A stretch of DNA of 64,000 nucleotides from Escherichia phage RB14: the sequence record NC_012638.1; one strand, 5' to 3'. Below, one piece after another: positions 20,277 to 30,764 of the stretch. The stretch's first letter is position 1. Each line of letters begins with the position of its first letter. Under the pieces are notes generated by a model, which made no database searches, had not been told where the DNA came from, and saw only the letters and a program-made list of their open reading frames with translations. Made by a program: the position numbers and the translations under genes.

Positions 20277-20639
20277 TTAAAAGAATTTAAATTTTTTCTT
20301 TGACCTTTTATTAAATGCATCTTGCAGTTGCATTGTAATACATTTTTCTACATGAGGAGCTAACTCAGCTTTTCTTTCTTGGTCAAGAACAGCAAAGTCC
20401 ATTACAACCTTTCCATTAACCCAATCTAGTTTTGTTACATATACTATATGCGTAGAACCATCTTCTAGTTTAATGACAATCTCCTGGATAACATTTTCCA
20501 TAGCGGATTTAATTATCTTAAGAGATTCATTAAAAAGACGTTCTTTTCTTTCTTCTTCCCCCTCCGAAGAGGGGGATTCATCGATAATTTCTAGATCTAA
20601 GTCTAAATCATCTTTATTCATTAAATTCTTCCATATCAC
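20277..20639 (-). CDS. 40: gp40-position protein, 120 aa
   Basis: position between uvsX and 41. Confidence 0.6.
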   Translation of the reverse strand: MIWKNLMNKDDLDLDLEIIDESPSSEGEEERKERLFNESLKIIKSAMENVIQEIVIKLEDGSTHIVYVTKLDWVNGKVVMDFAVLDQERKAELAPHVEKCITMQLQDAFNKRSKKKFKFF

Positions 20640-21795
20640 TTAACTGCTCGAGGTCAGTTTCTAAATCAGCAGCTGATTTACTTTTACTTTCTGGAGATTT
20701 AAATTTTTCAACCTTTGAGTTAATCAATTCATCAACTTCAGCTTCAACAATTTCATTACTATCAATAGCACCTAACTGATAAGCACGTTTAATAGCATCT
20801 CGGAATGGTTGATGCTTAAATAAAGGACCCCAGAATGTAGTGCAGTTGGTATCTTTTGCGCGCCAAGATTTTTCTTCGCGAATCATCTCGCCAGTTTCTT
20901 CATCAAGAAATTCACGAGCATACCAGCCATTTTTAGGTTTTACTACAAATCCTAATTCTAGAGCCATATCTAACAATCCAGAATAAGGATCGATACCACC
21001 ATCAAATTTAACATCAATAAAGAATTTACTTTTTTCTTTAACGGTACGAGATTTTTCTACATTTAGAACAAATTGATACCCCTGAAGATCAGAACCATCT
21101 TTAATCTGACGCTTACCGATAATGAATACTGTATCAGCCGAATACATTACGCCTGTACCACCTGTCATCACGGTTTTACTAAACATTTCAATTGTTTCAA
21201 TTGTATGGTTAACCGCAACACATGGAATATTTTTAATGCTAAAATAAGGAGTAACAATACGGAATAATGACTTCAGTGATTTAGCACGAGTCATATCTGC
21301 CACAGATTTTTCATTCAAGGCATCTTCCGTTTCTTTCTTAGAAGCCATATTACCGATTGAGTCGATGAATACAATAACTTTTTCACCGCGCTCAATAGCT
21401 TCAAGCTGATTCACCATATCAATTTTCAGCTGTTCAACTGACTGGATTGGCGTATGAATTACTCGTTCCGGGTCAACTCCCATGGATCGCAAATAAGCTG
21501 GAGTAATACCAAATTCACTATCATAGAATAGACAAACCGCGTCAGGATATTTGTTTAAATATGCCGCAACCATAGTCAAAGACATATTTGATTTAAAGTG
21601 TTTAGAAGGCCCTGCGAAAATAGTTAAACCAGACTGCATGCCGCCATCAATCGCACCAGAAATAGCAATATTAAGCATTGGGATTTTTGTACGGATTACA
21701 TCCTTTTCATTAAAGAATTTAGATGTAGTCAGTTCAGCAGTCATTTTAGAAGTGGAAGCTTTAATCAAACGGGATTTTAAATCTGCAATAGACAT
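20614..21795 (-). CDS. uvsX: UvsX recombinase (RecA-like), 393 aa
   Basis: Walker A GPSKHFKS; about 90 percent similar to T4 UvsX as I recall. Confidence 0.95.
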   Translation of the reverse strand: MSIADLKSRLIKASTSKMTAELTTSKFFNEKDVIRTKIPMLNIAISGAIDGGMQSGLTIFAGPSKHFKSNMSLTMVAAYLNKYPDAVCLFYDSEFGITPAYLRSMGVDPERVIHTPIQSVEQLKIDMVNQLEAIERGEKVIVFIDSIGNMASKKETEDALNEKSVADMTRAKSLKSLFRIVTPYFSIKNIPCVAVNHTIETIEMFSKTVMTGGTGVMYSADTVFIIGKRQIKDGSDLQGYQFVLNVEKSRTVKEKSKFFIDVKFDGGIDPYSGLLDMALELGFVVKPKNGWYAREFLDEETGEMIREEKSWRAKDTNCTTFWGPLFKHQPFRDAIKRAYQLGAIDSNEIVEAEVDELINSKVEKFKSPESKSKSAADLETDLEQLSDMEEFNE

Positions 21796-21872
21796 TCATT
21801 TTTTCCATAGGCATCATTATATTTTCCTCACTGGTTAAAGATAGAGTAATTATAACACAATAAATTTAGGCA

Positions 21873-22721
21873 TTAATCAACTGCTATTGGATGAATAGCA
21901 TTAAACTTATGAAATGCTTCTGATTTTTCTTTACGCGAAACACACATGCGAAGAACCTTTAATGGCTCGTCTTCTTCACCCAACGATTTTCGTTTTTCAA
22001 TATTAGAAGTTTTCCAACGAGCTTGCTCTGGAAACTCTCTATTGATTTGCTCAAGCGCTCTATTATGTTTAGAATTACTACGAATTGAACTACACCCGCC
22101 AGGAGCTTGTGCTTTTCCAGATACAACCAGATATTTGAACAAGGCCAAATGCGGATAACCTTGATTAATTAAATTGAGAAATGCATACATATCTTCGCAT
22201 AAATCAATTTTTCCATACCCAATTTGTTCTGTCGTAAGTTTTCCGAGGTCATACCATGTATTCGTAAATCCATATGAATTTTCACGATAATTACCCCAAG
22301 ATGAAGTAATTTTAAAAATTGGTAGACGAGCATGGCCATGATAATACCCGCAATCCATGGCATCCTCAACATATTGAATCAATTCATAGAACTGTTCACG
22401 AGTCAATTGATTGACTTTATCTACACAACGACGGTCATCTCTTTTTCGCATTGAACTCATACGAATAGTAGTATCATCGTCAATCATCCAGATTCGTTGA
22501 CCTGCATACATATCAGTAATTGCTTTACGAGTACCGGCAATTCCGTTTACATCATCAGGAATAGTTATAATTTTAGCTCTAGACCCATAGGCATCATAAT
22601 AAGCTTTTTCTTCATGTTCACGTACTACGATATGAGGTTCATAATCAGTCGGAAACATATCAAGGGCAGAAACTGCCCCTACACGTTGATAGCTCGGAAT
22701 TACGAATTGAATCATTTCCAC
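21873..22721 (-). CDS. putative GT-A-type glycosyltransferase at the beta-gt locus, 282 aa
   Basis: DxD motif (IWMIDDDTT); sits between uvsX and gene 42 where T4 has beta-gt, but bears no resemblance to the 351-aa T4 beta-gt. Confidence 0.6.
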   Translation of the reverse strand: MEMIQFVIPSYQRVGAVSALDMFPTDYEPHIVVREHEEKAYYDAYGSRAKIITIPDDVNGIAGTRKAITDMYAGQRIWMIDDDTTIRMSSMRKRDDRRCVDKVNQLTREQFYELIQYVEDAMDCGYYHGHARLPIFKITSSWGNYRENSYGFTNTWYDLGKLTTEQIGYGKIDLCEDMYAFLNLINQGYPHLALFKYLVVSGKAQAPGGCSSIRSNSKHNRALEQINREFPEQARWKTSNIEKRKSLGEEDEPLKVLRMCVSRKEKSEAFHKFNAIHPIAVD

Positions 22722-23452
22722 TCACCGTTATAATCTTTTTTCACAATATGAGTTTCGCCAGTATTCCACCAATGATCAACCAAGTAAAAATGACGAGAAT
22801 ATACATGAAGACTTCCAACATTCCATATAATAGAACCTGCTTTATACTGACGAGTTGAATCGCCGGCATTCAAATCAGATACTAATTTATCTAATACGTA
22901 TTTTTGCCATGCATAATCATTACGGAATCCGAAGACCACGTCATTTGAGCGCATGCTTACTACTGCATTGACTTTCTTATCACGAATCAGGTACTGTACT
23001 GTATTAGTACACATGAAATCTGACATACCATCTTTATTGTAGTCAAATTGCATGGATGGACGAGTATAAATCATGATACCACGTCGAGAATCAGGATTTT
23101 GACCAAGTTCAGCTAAACACATATCATACTGGGCATAGTTATCTTCTGACCAGATAGCCCAACCATAATTCGAGTTAATTTCGCCTTTAGAAGATGCTAC
23201 CTGCTGCCAAATCTTTGGTGTTTCACCTGGAATATCTTTAACAAACAAGCTCTTAGATTTATACCATTCAAGTTCACGCTGAATGTATTCATCATTAAGA
23301 GCGCCAAAAATAAACGGTTCATCTGCTACAAATGATGCGCCAATAATTTCAATAGTTTTAACACCAGTTTTATCAACTACGAAATCTTTTTCCTTTAATG
23401 CAGTTCCCAAATAAAAACGGATTTCTTCAACTGTCATAGAGTCATTAATCAT
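22712..23452 (-). CDS. 42: dCMP hydroxymethylase gp42, 246 aa
   Basis: near-identical to T4 gp42 as I recall; thymidylate-synthase-like fold. Confidence 0.9.
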   Translation of the reverse strand: MINDSMTVEEIRFYLGTALKEKDFVVDKTGVKTIEIIGASFVADEPFIFGALNDEYIQRELEWYKSKSLFVKDIPGETPKIWQQVASSKGEINSNYGWAIWSEDNYAQYDMCLAELGQNPDSRRGIMIYTRPSMQFDYNKDGMSDFMCTNTVQYLIRDKKVNAVVSMRSNDVVFGFRNDYAWQKYVLDKLVSDLNAGDSTRQYKAGSIIWNVGSLHVYSRHFYLVDHWWNTGETHIVKKDYNGEWK

Positions 23453-23459
23453 TTAAACC

Positions 23460-23609
23460 TCAATTGATGCATTCATATTTAAATTGTAACAGTAATAAAC
23501 CCCACCCTATGATAAGAGTTGGAATCATAGCAGGAACTGTTAAGCTATAGTATATACTTATTATAACCATCAAGATTAAAAGCAACACTGCTATAATTTT
23601 GCTTTTCAT
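23460..23609 (-). CDS. small membrane protein, 49 aa (not in ORF table)
   Basis: my translation MKSKIIAVLLLILMVIISIYY...; start overlaps the imm stop (ATGA). Confidence 0.35.
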   Translation of the reverse strand: MKSKIIAVLLLILMVIISIYYSLTVPAMIPTLIIGWGLLLLQFKYECIN

Positions 23610-23857
23610 TCCTTCTCTCTGATGATAATTACCTGATTTGGCTGCGCAGACTTTTTAGTTTCACCTGCAATTGACCAAATAAATGTAATAAACCAACCAA
23701 TAATTGACCAGTTAAACAGTAAAGACGTGAAAAAGATTCCTACTGTCGATTTTGACCCACGCATCAAGGCGATGAACCATGGAAGCATGTATATAATAAT
23801 AGCCAACACGCCTGAAACTAAAACCATAAAAATTGAACCTGCTACTAAAGTTTCCAT
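23606..23857 (-). CDS. imm: Imm immunity (superinfection exclusion) membrane protein, 83 aa
   Basis: 83 aa with two transmembrane segments, as T4 Imm. Confidence 0.85.
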   Translation of the reverse strand: METLVAGSIFMVLVSGVLAIIIYMLPWFIALMRGSKSTVGIFFTSLLFNWSIIGWFITFIWSIAGETKKSAQPNQVIIIREKE

Positions 23858-23864
23858 GTTTTCC

Positions 23865-24245
23865 TCACTTAGTCAAATTTTTTACACATGAATTATAAGA
23901 ATTCACTACATACTCCATCGGAGCATTTTTACCGGTACGCCATTGGTAATTATTAGCCCAATTTGCCCAAAGCTCGGCGCAGTAGTTTTCAATTTTTTCT
24001 TCGCGTGTAATTACATCAGAATTACGATATGCTTGAGCAGATTCATCTGGACGAATAGCCTCGTCAAAATTCGCCTGCATTTGTTCTACTGTCTGTTTTG
24101 GAGCTTCTTTATAACACTTGACATTAGGATTATAAAACTTGCTTGAACAGTTTACAATTTTTCCTACATCAGACTGATTTACTACCGGTCCTTGAGCTAC
24201 ACAACCAGTAAGACCTAATGCAATAACCAAAATAGCGATTTTCAT
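23865..24245 (-). CDS. putative lipoprotein at the imm.1 position, about 126 aa
   Basis: start MKIAILVIALGLTGC with lipobox; the 192-aa table ORF reads through the upstream promoter/leader cassette. Confidence 0.55.
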   Translation of the reverse strand: MKIAILVIALGLTGCVAQGPVVNQSDVGKIVNCSSKFYNPNVKCYKEAPKQTVEQMQANFDEAIRPDESAQAYRNSDVITREEKIENYCAELWANWANNYQWRTGKNAPMEYVVNSYNSCVKNLTK

Positions 24246-24288
24246 TTCATTCTCCAAGTTGTTTTCTGTATCAGTAGTTGATAGTTGT

Positions 24289-24318
24289 ATAGTACCATGG
24301 AAGAACAGGGATGTAAAC
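24289..24318 (-). promoter_or_regulatory. early promoter of a PeSL-like cassette (GTTTAC - 18 nt - TACTAT) with conserved leader
   Basis: plus atagta 24289-24294, gtaaac 24313-24318; leader ACAACTATCAACTAC...GGAGA-ATG is shared with three other cassettes. Confidence 0.55.
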
Positions 24319-24406
24319 CGTTTTGTGAAAAAATTTTTAATGAATTCTAGAGGTCCAGAATCATCTATTTTTCCTAAGTATAGATTTATATTACTTGTAT
24401 GAAAAA

Positions 24407-24422
24407 GGGACCCGGAGGTCCC
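24407..24422 (-). terminator. terminator hairpin after gene 43
   Basis: gggacc-cgga-ggtccc inverted repeat just below the gene 43 stop. Confidence 0.6.
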
Positions 24423-24435
24423 TAGATTTATTCTA

Positions 24436-27132
24436 TCAGCCAAACAGGAAGTCTAACGAAGCTTTTTCTTCATAGTCCATACCTGCCGATTCACACATAC
24501 CAGCAAGCGGTTTAACAAACGATTTTTGGAACAAAGTTGAGTAGTCAATCCAAGACAGTACATCAGAACGAATTTCTTTTGGAAGTTCTGTACCCGACGG
24601 CCAAGCAATGCACTTATCACCAAATGGATTTCCTTCACGCAATGGAAGAACCATTACCTTATTTCCATCCAAAATTGGAGCTACACCTAAACCGCTAACA
24701 GCTCGACGATAAGTTAGCACACCACGAATATGGAACGGGCATTTAAATCCTGGCCAACCTTTATCATCATATTTCGCTATATCGTTCGCAGTTTTTACTT
24801 CAGCAATAACTTTATAGTCAAGTTGACGATATTCTTTCTCGAAGTTCTTGTAATATTCTTGGACAGACTCTTCACCTTCCTGAAGAATGCGACGAATACT
24901 TTCTTCGAGAGCTTCTTGTACTGCTTTTGGTGTTGAACTCTGCTGAGTTTCCATACCCATGATTTTTAGATGCGGTTCAGCAAATCGCTTATCTTCCATA
25001 TCATAAACGTTCAGAGCATAACGTTTTTTCGCTTTCCAAAATCCACCAACACCCTTTGAACCGAGCGGAGGGCAAGAAATAGCTTCACGGTCCATGTGCA
25101 TCAGATGCTCGCGGTTATTCATATAATCACATAACTCACGATATGCAACATCAATCATAGGTTCCATCTTTTTCTTACCGAATTGATTCATGAATTCAAC
25201 TAAATCGTTCTGCTCTTTGAATCGGTCAAGACCAACTTTTTCAATAACTTTATCTACACAAACATATACCGAATCAGTATCACCTGCTGCAATGAAATCT
25301 TCACCATTAGTTCCGCATACTTTATTCAGATATTCATTAATTTTACGAGCAATCCACTGAATACCAACTTGGCCGAAAATTGTGATAGCAGTAGCATTTC
25401 GCAAATCATAGTAACGGAAATGAATATTACCAAGAGCACCATAAAGACTGTTAATAAGAATTTTACGGTTCAGCTGATTTGTATTAGCAAGTGTAGCCGC
25501 TTTTTCACATTCCTCAATCAGACTATTGAGAACAGATTCAGTATAATTCGATAGTTCATTTAAGAAATCATCACTGAACTTAACATATCGTTCAACTTCA
25601 GGTTTAGTTGAACAAGACCCTGCGCCTTTCATAATAATCTTTTTAATAGCTTCGGCATTCATTTCTTCAGCGAACATTTTCTTTTTCCAATCTTTACGCT
25701 GGAAAAATACTTTAGCGATTTCCTTTGGAATGATACCTTCTTGATGCTTATCATACATCCATCCATTCGGAGAACAAGAATATTCTTCACTTGGCTTAGG
25801 AGCTGTTCCTGCGATATATTCATGAATTGGATGAACTTTAAATTGCCCACGAATAGTCTCAGGACTAATGTTAACCTGACGAATAATGCTCGGATACAGA
25901 GACGTCAAGTCAAAACTCATAATATATCGACGAGCAATTGGTTTAGGTTCAAATACAAATGCACCCGGAAAACTCTGTTTAACGTGCGAACCTTGTTGAG
26001 GAATAACCTTATGTTCACCTTTCAATGAGTTAAAAATAATAGCATCCCAAGTTTTAATAGGACTCATTACACCAGAAAAAGGCATTTTAGCGTAATAAGA
26101 CATACTTAAAACTAGATCGATAAACCCGCGAATTTTATCAATTGCTTGAACTGATTCTACGTCAATGATGTTATAACTAATGTATCGTTGATGATTAGTC
26201 TCACGAAGTTTATTAATAGGACCATCATACGGTAATTTACCTTTTTTGGTTTCATGTTGAGCAACTGATTCCAAAGAGAATGACGGCAAATTAGTAAAAG
26301 CGAATTTCTTGTACAAATCTAAATAATCAAGAATAGATACGCCATCAATAGAATAAATTTCTTTGCTACCGTACATATTTTGAATTAGTTTAGATTTTAC
26401 TCGACCGATTGGAGAGAAACGTTTCATACTGCGTTCACCGAGAACCATTTTAACGCGATTCATGATATACGGAACGTCAAATCCCTCAATATTCCAACCA
26501 GTAAAAATAGCAGGTCGTTTCTGTTCCCAAAGATTGATATATTCCATGAGCATATCACGCTCATTATCGAATGGCATATAAATTACTCGGTCAAGAATTT
26601 CTTGAGGAACTTCATCACCACCTTCACAGTCAAGCTTAGCAGCTAACTTTGCATCCCATTTTGATACTGAACCGTACATTGAATTCAAAAGGTCGAAAAC
26701 ATAAAAACGATCATCAATTGAATCGTAATGAGTGATAGCATCAATTTCATATTCAGCTTTCATTGGGTCAGGAAATTTATCACCAGTAACCTCAATGTCA
26801 CAGTTAGCTACACGAACAAATTTTCGGTCATAAACAATTTCTGAACCATATGTATCACTGATATAAGCGAGTTTAAAATCGTTCATACCGAGAGCTTCGA
26901 GACCGATGTCTTCCATTCGTTTCATCCAATCTCGAGCATCTTTCATTGATGGAAATTTTTGAGGAGCGCAGTTTTTACCATAGATGTCTTTGTACTTTGA
27001 CTCTTCCTTACAATGCCTAAACATAGTTGGAAGATATTCTACTTCACGAGTACGTTCCTTTCCGTTTTCATCAATATAACGTTCAACAATGTTATTTCCG
27101 ACTGTTTCAATAGAGATATAAAATTCTTTCAT
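24436..27132 (-). CDS. 43: DNA polymerase gp43 (family B), 898 aa
   Basis: near-identical to T4 gp43 over the full length as I recall; exonuclease and polymerase motifs (e.g. GDTDS) present. Confidence 0.97.
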   Translation of the reverse strand: MKEFYISIETVGNNIVERYIDENGKERTREVEYLPTMFRHCKEESKYKDIYGKNCAPQKFPSMKDARDWMKRMEDIGLEALGMNDFKLAYISDTYGSEIVYDRKFVRVANCDIEVTGDKFPDPMKAEYEIDAITHYDSIDDRFYVFDLLNSMYGSVSKWDAKLAAKLDCEGGDEVPQEILDRVIYMPFDNERDMLMEYINLWEQKRPAIFTGWNIEGFDVPYIMNRVKMVLGERSMKRFSPIGRVKSKLIQNMYGSKEIYSIDGVSILDYLDLYKKFAFTNLPSFSLESVAQHETKKGKLPYDGPINKLRETNHQRYISYNIIDVESVQAIDKIRGFIDLVLSMSYYAKMPFSGVMSPIKTWDAIIFNSLKGEHKVIPQQGSHVKQSFPGAFVFEPKPIARRYIMSFDLTSLYPSIIRQVNISPETIRGQFKVHPIHEYIAGTAPKPSEEYSCSPNGWMYDKHQEGIIPKEIAKVFFQRKDWKKKMFAEEMNAEAIKKIIMKGAGSCSTKPEVERYVKFSDDFLNELSNYTESVLNSLIEECEKAATLANTNQLNRKILINSLYGALGNIHFRYYDLRNATAITIFGQVGIQWIARKINEYLNKVCGTNGEDFIAAGDTDSVYVCVDKVIEKVGLDRFKEQNDLVEFMNQFGKKKMEPMIDVAYRELCDYMNNREHLMHMDREAISCPPLGSKGVGGFWKAKKRYALNVYDMEDKRFAEPHLKIMGMETQQSSTPKAVQEALEESIRRILQEGEESVQEYYKNFEKEYRQLDYKVIAEVKTANDIAKYDDKGWPGFKCPFHIRGVLTYRRAVSGLGVAPILDGNKVMVLPLREGNPFGDKCIAWPSGTELPKEIRSDVLSWIDYSTLFQKSFVKPLAGMCESAGMDYEEKASLDFLFG

Positions 27133-27190
27133 AGATATTCCTTAGTTTATAGCCCGAGTTATTAGGCTCTTGATATATTATACTCCAAAT

Positions 27191-27208
27191 AAGGGGCCGA
27201 AGCCCCTT
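27191..27208 (-). terminator. UUCG hairpin in the gene 43 leader
   Basis: aaggggc-cgaa-gcccctt inverted repeat. Confidence 0.55.
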
Positions 27209-27210
27209 GC

Positions 27211-27474
27211 TTAAATTAGTACTATTTGCCGGGTGAAAATTGTCAATCCATCTGCATTAATTGACTTAACGACTGCAGTAAAATGTTTTTGTTCTGGGTG
27301 AACTAATTTTTGAAATTCTACCTGAAATTTTAATTGGAGATTTTCTGGTAAATCAAAAAGTGTTTCTGTTGCAGAAAGATTATATTTTTCTTTAAGAGAC
27401 GCCATGTATTCTTGCGGAGTTATAGCAGTCATATTAATTACCAATCGTATATTTAGGAACGAGTTTCCATTCAT
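27211..27474 (-). CDS. hypothetical ORF between regA and gene 43, 73-87 aa
   Basis: ATG at 27472-27474, alternative at 27430-27432; no strong Shine-Dalgarno; I do not recall an equivalent gene in T4. Confidence 0.4.
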   Translation of the reverse strand: MNGNSFLNIRLVINMTAITPQEYMASLKEKYNLSATETLFDLPENLQLKFQVEFQKLVHPEQKHFTAVVKSINADGLTIFTRQIVLI

Positions 27475-27802
27475 GTTTTTGTTTAAAAGAAATAACTCGG
27501 AAGTTATTAGTTAAATCTTTCATAAAAGTTCTTTGACCAGGAACGATTTCAATCAGTCCCCAATCTTCTAACAGCCATGCAATCGAATCACGACGAACTT
27601 CATCTTCTTCTGTCATTTCAACTTGACGGCCATCCATACGAAGCATTTCTTTAAAATGAACGATATAGTATAGTCCTTTTTTCTGAAGAATATGACAGGA
27701 CTGATACAGAACTTTATCTTTATTATTAGCAATTCCCATACGAGTCAAAGTTTCTTTTACTTTCAGAAAATCTTCAGGTTTTTTAAGAGTAATTTCAATC
27801 AT
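27434..27802 (-). CDS. regA: RegA translational repressor, 122 aa
   Basis: 122 aa as in T4; position downstream of gene 62. Confidence 0.9.
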   Translation of the reverse strand: MIEITLKKPEDFLKVKETLTRMGIANNKDKVLYQSCHILQKKGLYYIVHFKEMLRMDGRQVEMTEEDEVRRDSIAWLLEDWGLIEIVPGQRTFMKDLTNNFRVISFKQKHEWKLVPKYTIGN

Positions 27803-27803
27803 T

Positions 27804-28367
27804 TTACCATTCCAATGCTAGTTTTTTGAGTTGTTTCTGTTCTTTTACGTTCTTAGTCACTTCTTTCAAAAAATCATCCGTGACTAATCCTTTAAGTTCT
27901 TTTAATACTAAAGGTAGTTTTCCATTTTTAGTAAGAATTGATTTATAGTTAATTGCATCATTTGTATTAACTTGATAACGCTTAGCAAGTAACTTAATAA
28001 TCAATACTTCGGTGGAATCTTCAACTAGTTTTGCCCATTTACCATATCTTTTACCACGAGGAACTGCAGCCATTAGATAATTAAAATGGGCTTCATCACT
28101 TAAGCCTGATCCAATTAAATTCATAGCATATACAGCTGGCATGCACTCTGGAAATTGTGATAATGCATTTTCAACCATGAATTTTGAATAATCTTTTTGA
28201 GCAATAGAGCATTTAGTTTTATTATTAATAGCTCCAATTATTTCAAAAAACTCATTTTCAGCTTTTTCTTTAAAAGAATCAGCAGCGGATTGGACAGCCG
28301 TCCAATCTTTTGAATACCAAGCAACTTGATGCTCGTTTAATTGAATATCATCTTCAAATAAGCTCAT
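27804..28367 (-). CDS. 62: clamp-loader small subunit gp62, 187 aa from internal ATG
   Basis: position and length as T4 gp62; start overlaps the gene 44 stop. Confidence 0.85.
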   Translation of the reverse strand: MSLFEDDIQLNEHQVAWYSKDWTAVQSAADSFKEKAENEFFEIIGAINNKTKCSIAQKDYSKFMVENALSQFPECMPAVYAMNLIGSGLSDEAHFNYLMAAVPRGKRYGKWAKLVEDSTEVLIIKLLAKRYQVNTNDAINYKSILTKNGKLPLVLKELKGLVTDDFLKEVTKNVKEQKQLKKLALEW

Positions 28368-28368
28368 A

Positions 28369-29328
28369 TCACTTCCACTGCATTTCACATGCTAACTGAA
28401 TGAAAAGATAAGCTAGATGCAATTCAGTATTAGCTGCAATACCATGATACTGATTATTTTCGCCGACAATTTCGTACATACGAATAATACTCTGCGGAGT
28501 TACACGTGAATAGATTTCTTCGGCAAGTTTACCCACGAACCACGAATAATCGGCTGCATATTTTGGTGCTAAAGCTCTGAGTTGTTTAACATCTTTATTT
28601 TTGAGAGACTCAAGAACATCATCAATAGCACCACGATCGTTAGTAACCAGTGATAAAATACCAGCATCCAAAACACCTTTAGATGAATAACTATCGAGCT
28701 CGCCAATAGTTTTACGAAAATCAGGAAAATTCTTTTTAACCAAAGCTGCTACAACTTTCATATCAGCTATAGCAATTCCTTCATGCTTGCAGATTTCAGT
28801 CAATCGACGAATCATCTGCTTCATCATTTCAATTTTATCTTCATCAGTTGGTTGACCGAATGTAATAACTCGGCAACGTGACTGAAGTGGTTTAATAATA
28901 CCATCAATATTGTTAGCAGTAATAATAATACTACAGTTTGAACTATAAGCTTCCATAAAGGAACGAAGATGTCGCTGAGACTCTGCTAACCCTGAACGGT
29001 CAAATTCATCAATAACGATTACTTTTTGACGACCGTCAAATGAAGCTGCGCTGGCAAAATTAGTCAAAGGACCACGAACGAAATCAATTTTACAATCTGA
29101 TCCATTCACAAACATCATATCAGCATTTACATCATGACACAATGCTTTCGCTACAGTTGTTTTACCTGTTCCTGGAGAAGGAGAATGAAGAATAATATGT
29201 GGAATCTTACCTTTACTTGTAATAGATTTAAAGGTTTCTTTATCAAAGGCGGGAAGAATACATTCATCGATAGTAGATGGACGATATTTCTGTTCAAGAA
29301 TGTGTTCTTTTTCATTTACGGTAATCAT
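28369..29328 (-). CDS. 44: clamp-loader ATPase gp44, 319 aa
   Basis: Walker A SPGTGKTT and SRC motif; matches T4 gp44 as I recall. Confidence 0.9.
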
Positions 29329-29362
29329 AATTTCCTCATTCAAGTTTTAGTGTAAATTATAA

Positions 29363-29376
29363 AGGGCCGAAGCCCT
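29363..29376 (-). terminator. UUCG hairpin between genes 45 and 44
   Basis: agggc-cgaa-gccct inverted repeat. Confidence 0.5.
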
Positions 29377-29379
29377 CTA

Positions 29380-30066
29380 TTAAAAATCGTGGGTAGAATC
29401 AGCTTCAAGAGCTACTACATAATTCGCATGTTCACCTTCAAATTTAGCAGCGCCTTGTTTACCTTTTGCCCAGAGCAGAAGTTTATAATTTCCTGGTTGC
29501 ATTTTCATATTTGCCATATTGATAATGAAATTAAATGTATTTTCACCATCATAATCACCAAGAGTCAAAGAATATTTAACACGGGTCAAAGCAGAATCTT
29601 CTACTTTATTAAAACCGTTAATTACGATTTTACCTTCTTTTACCGTGATAGCAATTGTATCAATTTGCAGACCACGAGATACACGCAACAGTTGTTGAAG
29701 GTCTTCAGCTTTAATTTCAGTAACAACAGATGCTACCGGGAATGGAATTGGTTTATTAGGAGCAACTACTGTACTCGGATCGGCTGCTGGCCAAAAAATT
29801 GTTGAGCGGGCATCAGCAATTTTAATATTTCCATCTTCTGACTGGGAAATTTCTGCATCATCATTAACTAGCGACAGAATACCGAGAAAACCGTTCAAAT
29901 CGTAAATTGCTACATCAAAATCAATAACGTCAGAAATATTCGCTTCTGCATAAGTTGTACCATTAACCGCACGAGTCATAATAAATTGACCGGATTTAAG
30001 CATAATACCAGAGTTAATAGTAGCGAAATTTTTCAGCAGAGCAGTAGTATCTTTAGACAGTTTCAT
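29380..30066 (-). CDS. 45: sliding clamp gp45, 228 aa
   Basis: 228 aa as T4 gp45; position upstream of 44. Confidence 0.9.
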   Translation of the reverse strand: MKLSKDTTALLKNFATINSGIMLKSGQFIMTRAVNGTTYAEANISDVIDFDVAIYDLNGFLGILSLVNDDAEISQSEDGNIKIADARSTIFWPAADPSTVVAPNKPIPFPVASVVTEIKAEDLQQLLRVSRGLQIDTIAITVKEGKIVINGFNKVEDSALTRVKYSLTLGDYDGENTFNFIINMANMKMQPGNYKLLLWAKGKQGAAKFEGEHANYVVALEADSTHDF

Positions 30067-30121
30067 GTAATTTCCTTCAATTCAAATGAGATTTAATTTT
30101 ATAACTAATTAAATAAAGCAA

Positions 30122-30511
30122 TTAACGATTAAAATCAGCTGCGATTGTTTCGGCAACAATTTGAGCAGCAACAATTAGACGTTCATCTGCATTACCGCAA
30201 TATTCATCTTCAAGGCGTTCACCACATGAAGTCATAATAAATTTAGCACCGGCGTTTAGAGATTCTGTAGTATGTTTGCGCATTAGTTCAATCCATTTAT
30301 TACTTACTTCACGATCGATAGCTTCATAATACGCATGACGAGCAGGTGCAGATTTAATTTTGTTCTGAATAACTTCCATTGCGTTATCAGAAAGAGACAA
30401 AACCCATGCTCGACGAATTTTATTTTGGTTTTGTGGATTTGATTCAGAACGCACGTGTTTTGGCTGAATATCTTTTACATCAACAGTATAATTCACAGTA
30501 ATTTTAGTCAT
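30122..30511 (-). CDS. rpbA: RNA polymerase-binding protein RpbA, 129 aa
   Basis: length and position as T4 rpbA. Confidence 0.7.
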   Translation of the reverse strand: MTKITVNYTVDVKDIQPKHVRSESNPQNQNKIRRAWVLSLSDNAMEVIQNKIKSAPARHAYYEAIDREVSNKWIELMRKHTTESLNAGAKFIMTSCGERLEDEYCGNADERLIVAAQIVAETIAADFNR

Positions 30512-30520
30512 AATACACCT

Positions 30521-30709
30521 TTAGTCATAATAATCAGTAACAGTCCAAGCTTCATTTCTATTGGACATTATTTTTGTATATTCTGCTTTAAATGCATTCC
30601 TAAGCATAGATTCAGTAACTATATGCTCTTCATTAGAAAAATTATTTCTCAGAATATATCGTTTTATTTCAGGAATAGTTAATAGATGTTGTCCAGTTGA
30701 ATATTCCAT
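30521..30709 (-). CDS. 45.2-position small protein, 62 aa
   Basis: ORF table. Confidence 0.5.
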   Translation of the reverse strand: MEYSTGQHLLTIPEIKRYILRNNFSNEEHIVTESMLRNAFKAEYTKIMSNRNEAWTVTDYYD

Positions 30710-30764
30710 GTTTTTCCTCCACAGAGATTATACTCTAATAAATTAAAGCATAATCTCTTATAAA

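Noticed and set aside
29389-29805. 138-aa plus-strand ORF
   Set aside because: Lies entirely antisense within the well-supported sliding clamp gene 45; no ribosome-binding site; typical spurious antisense ORF
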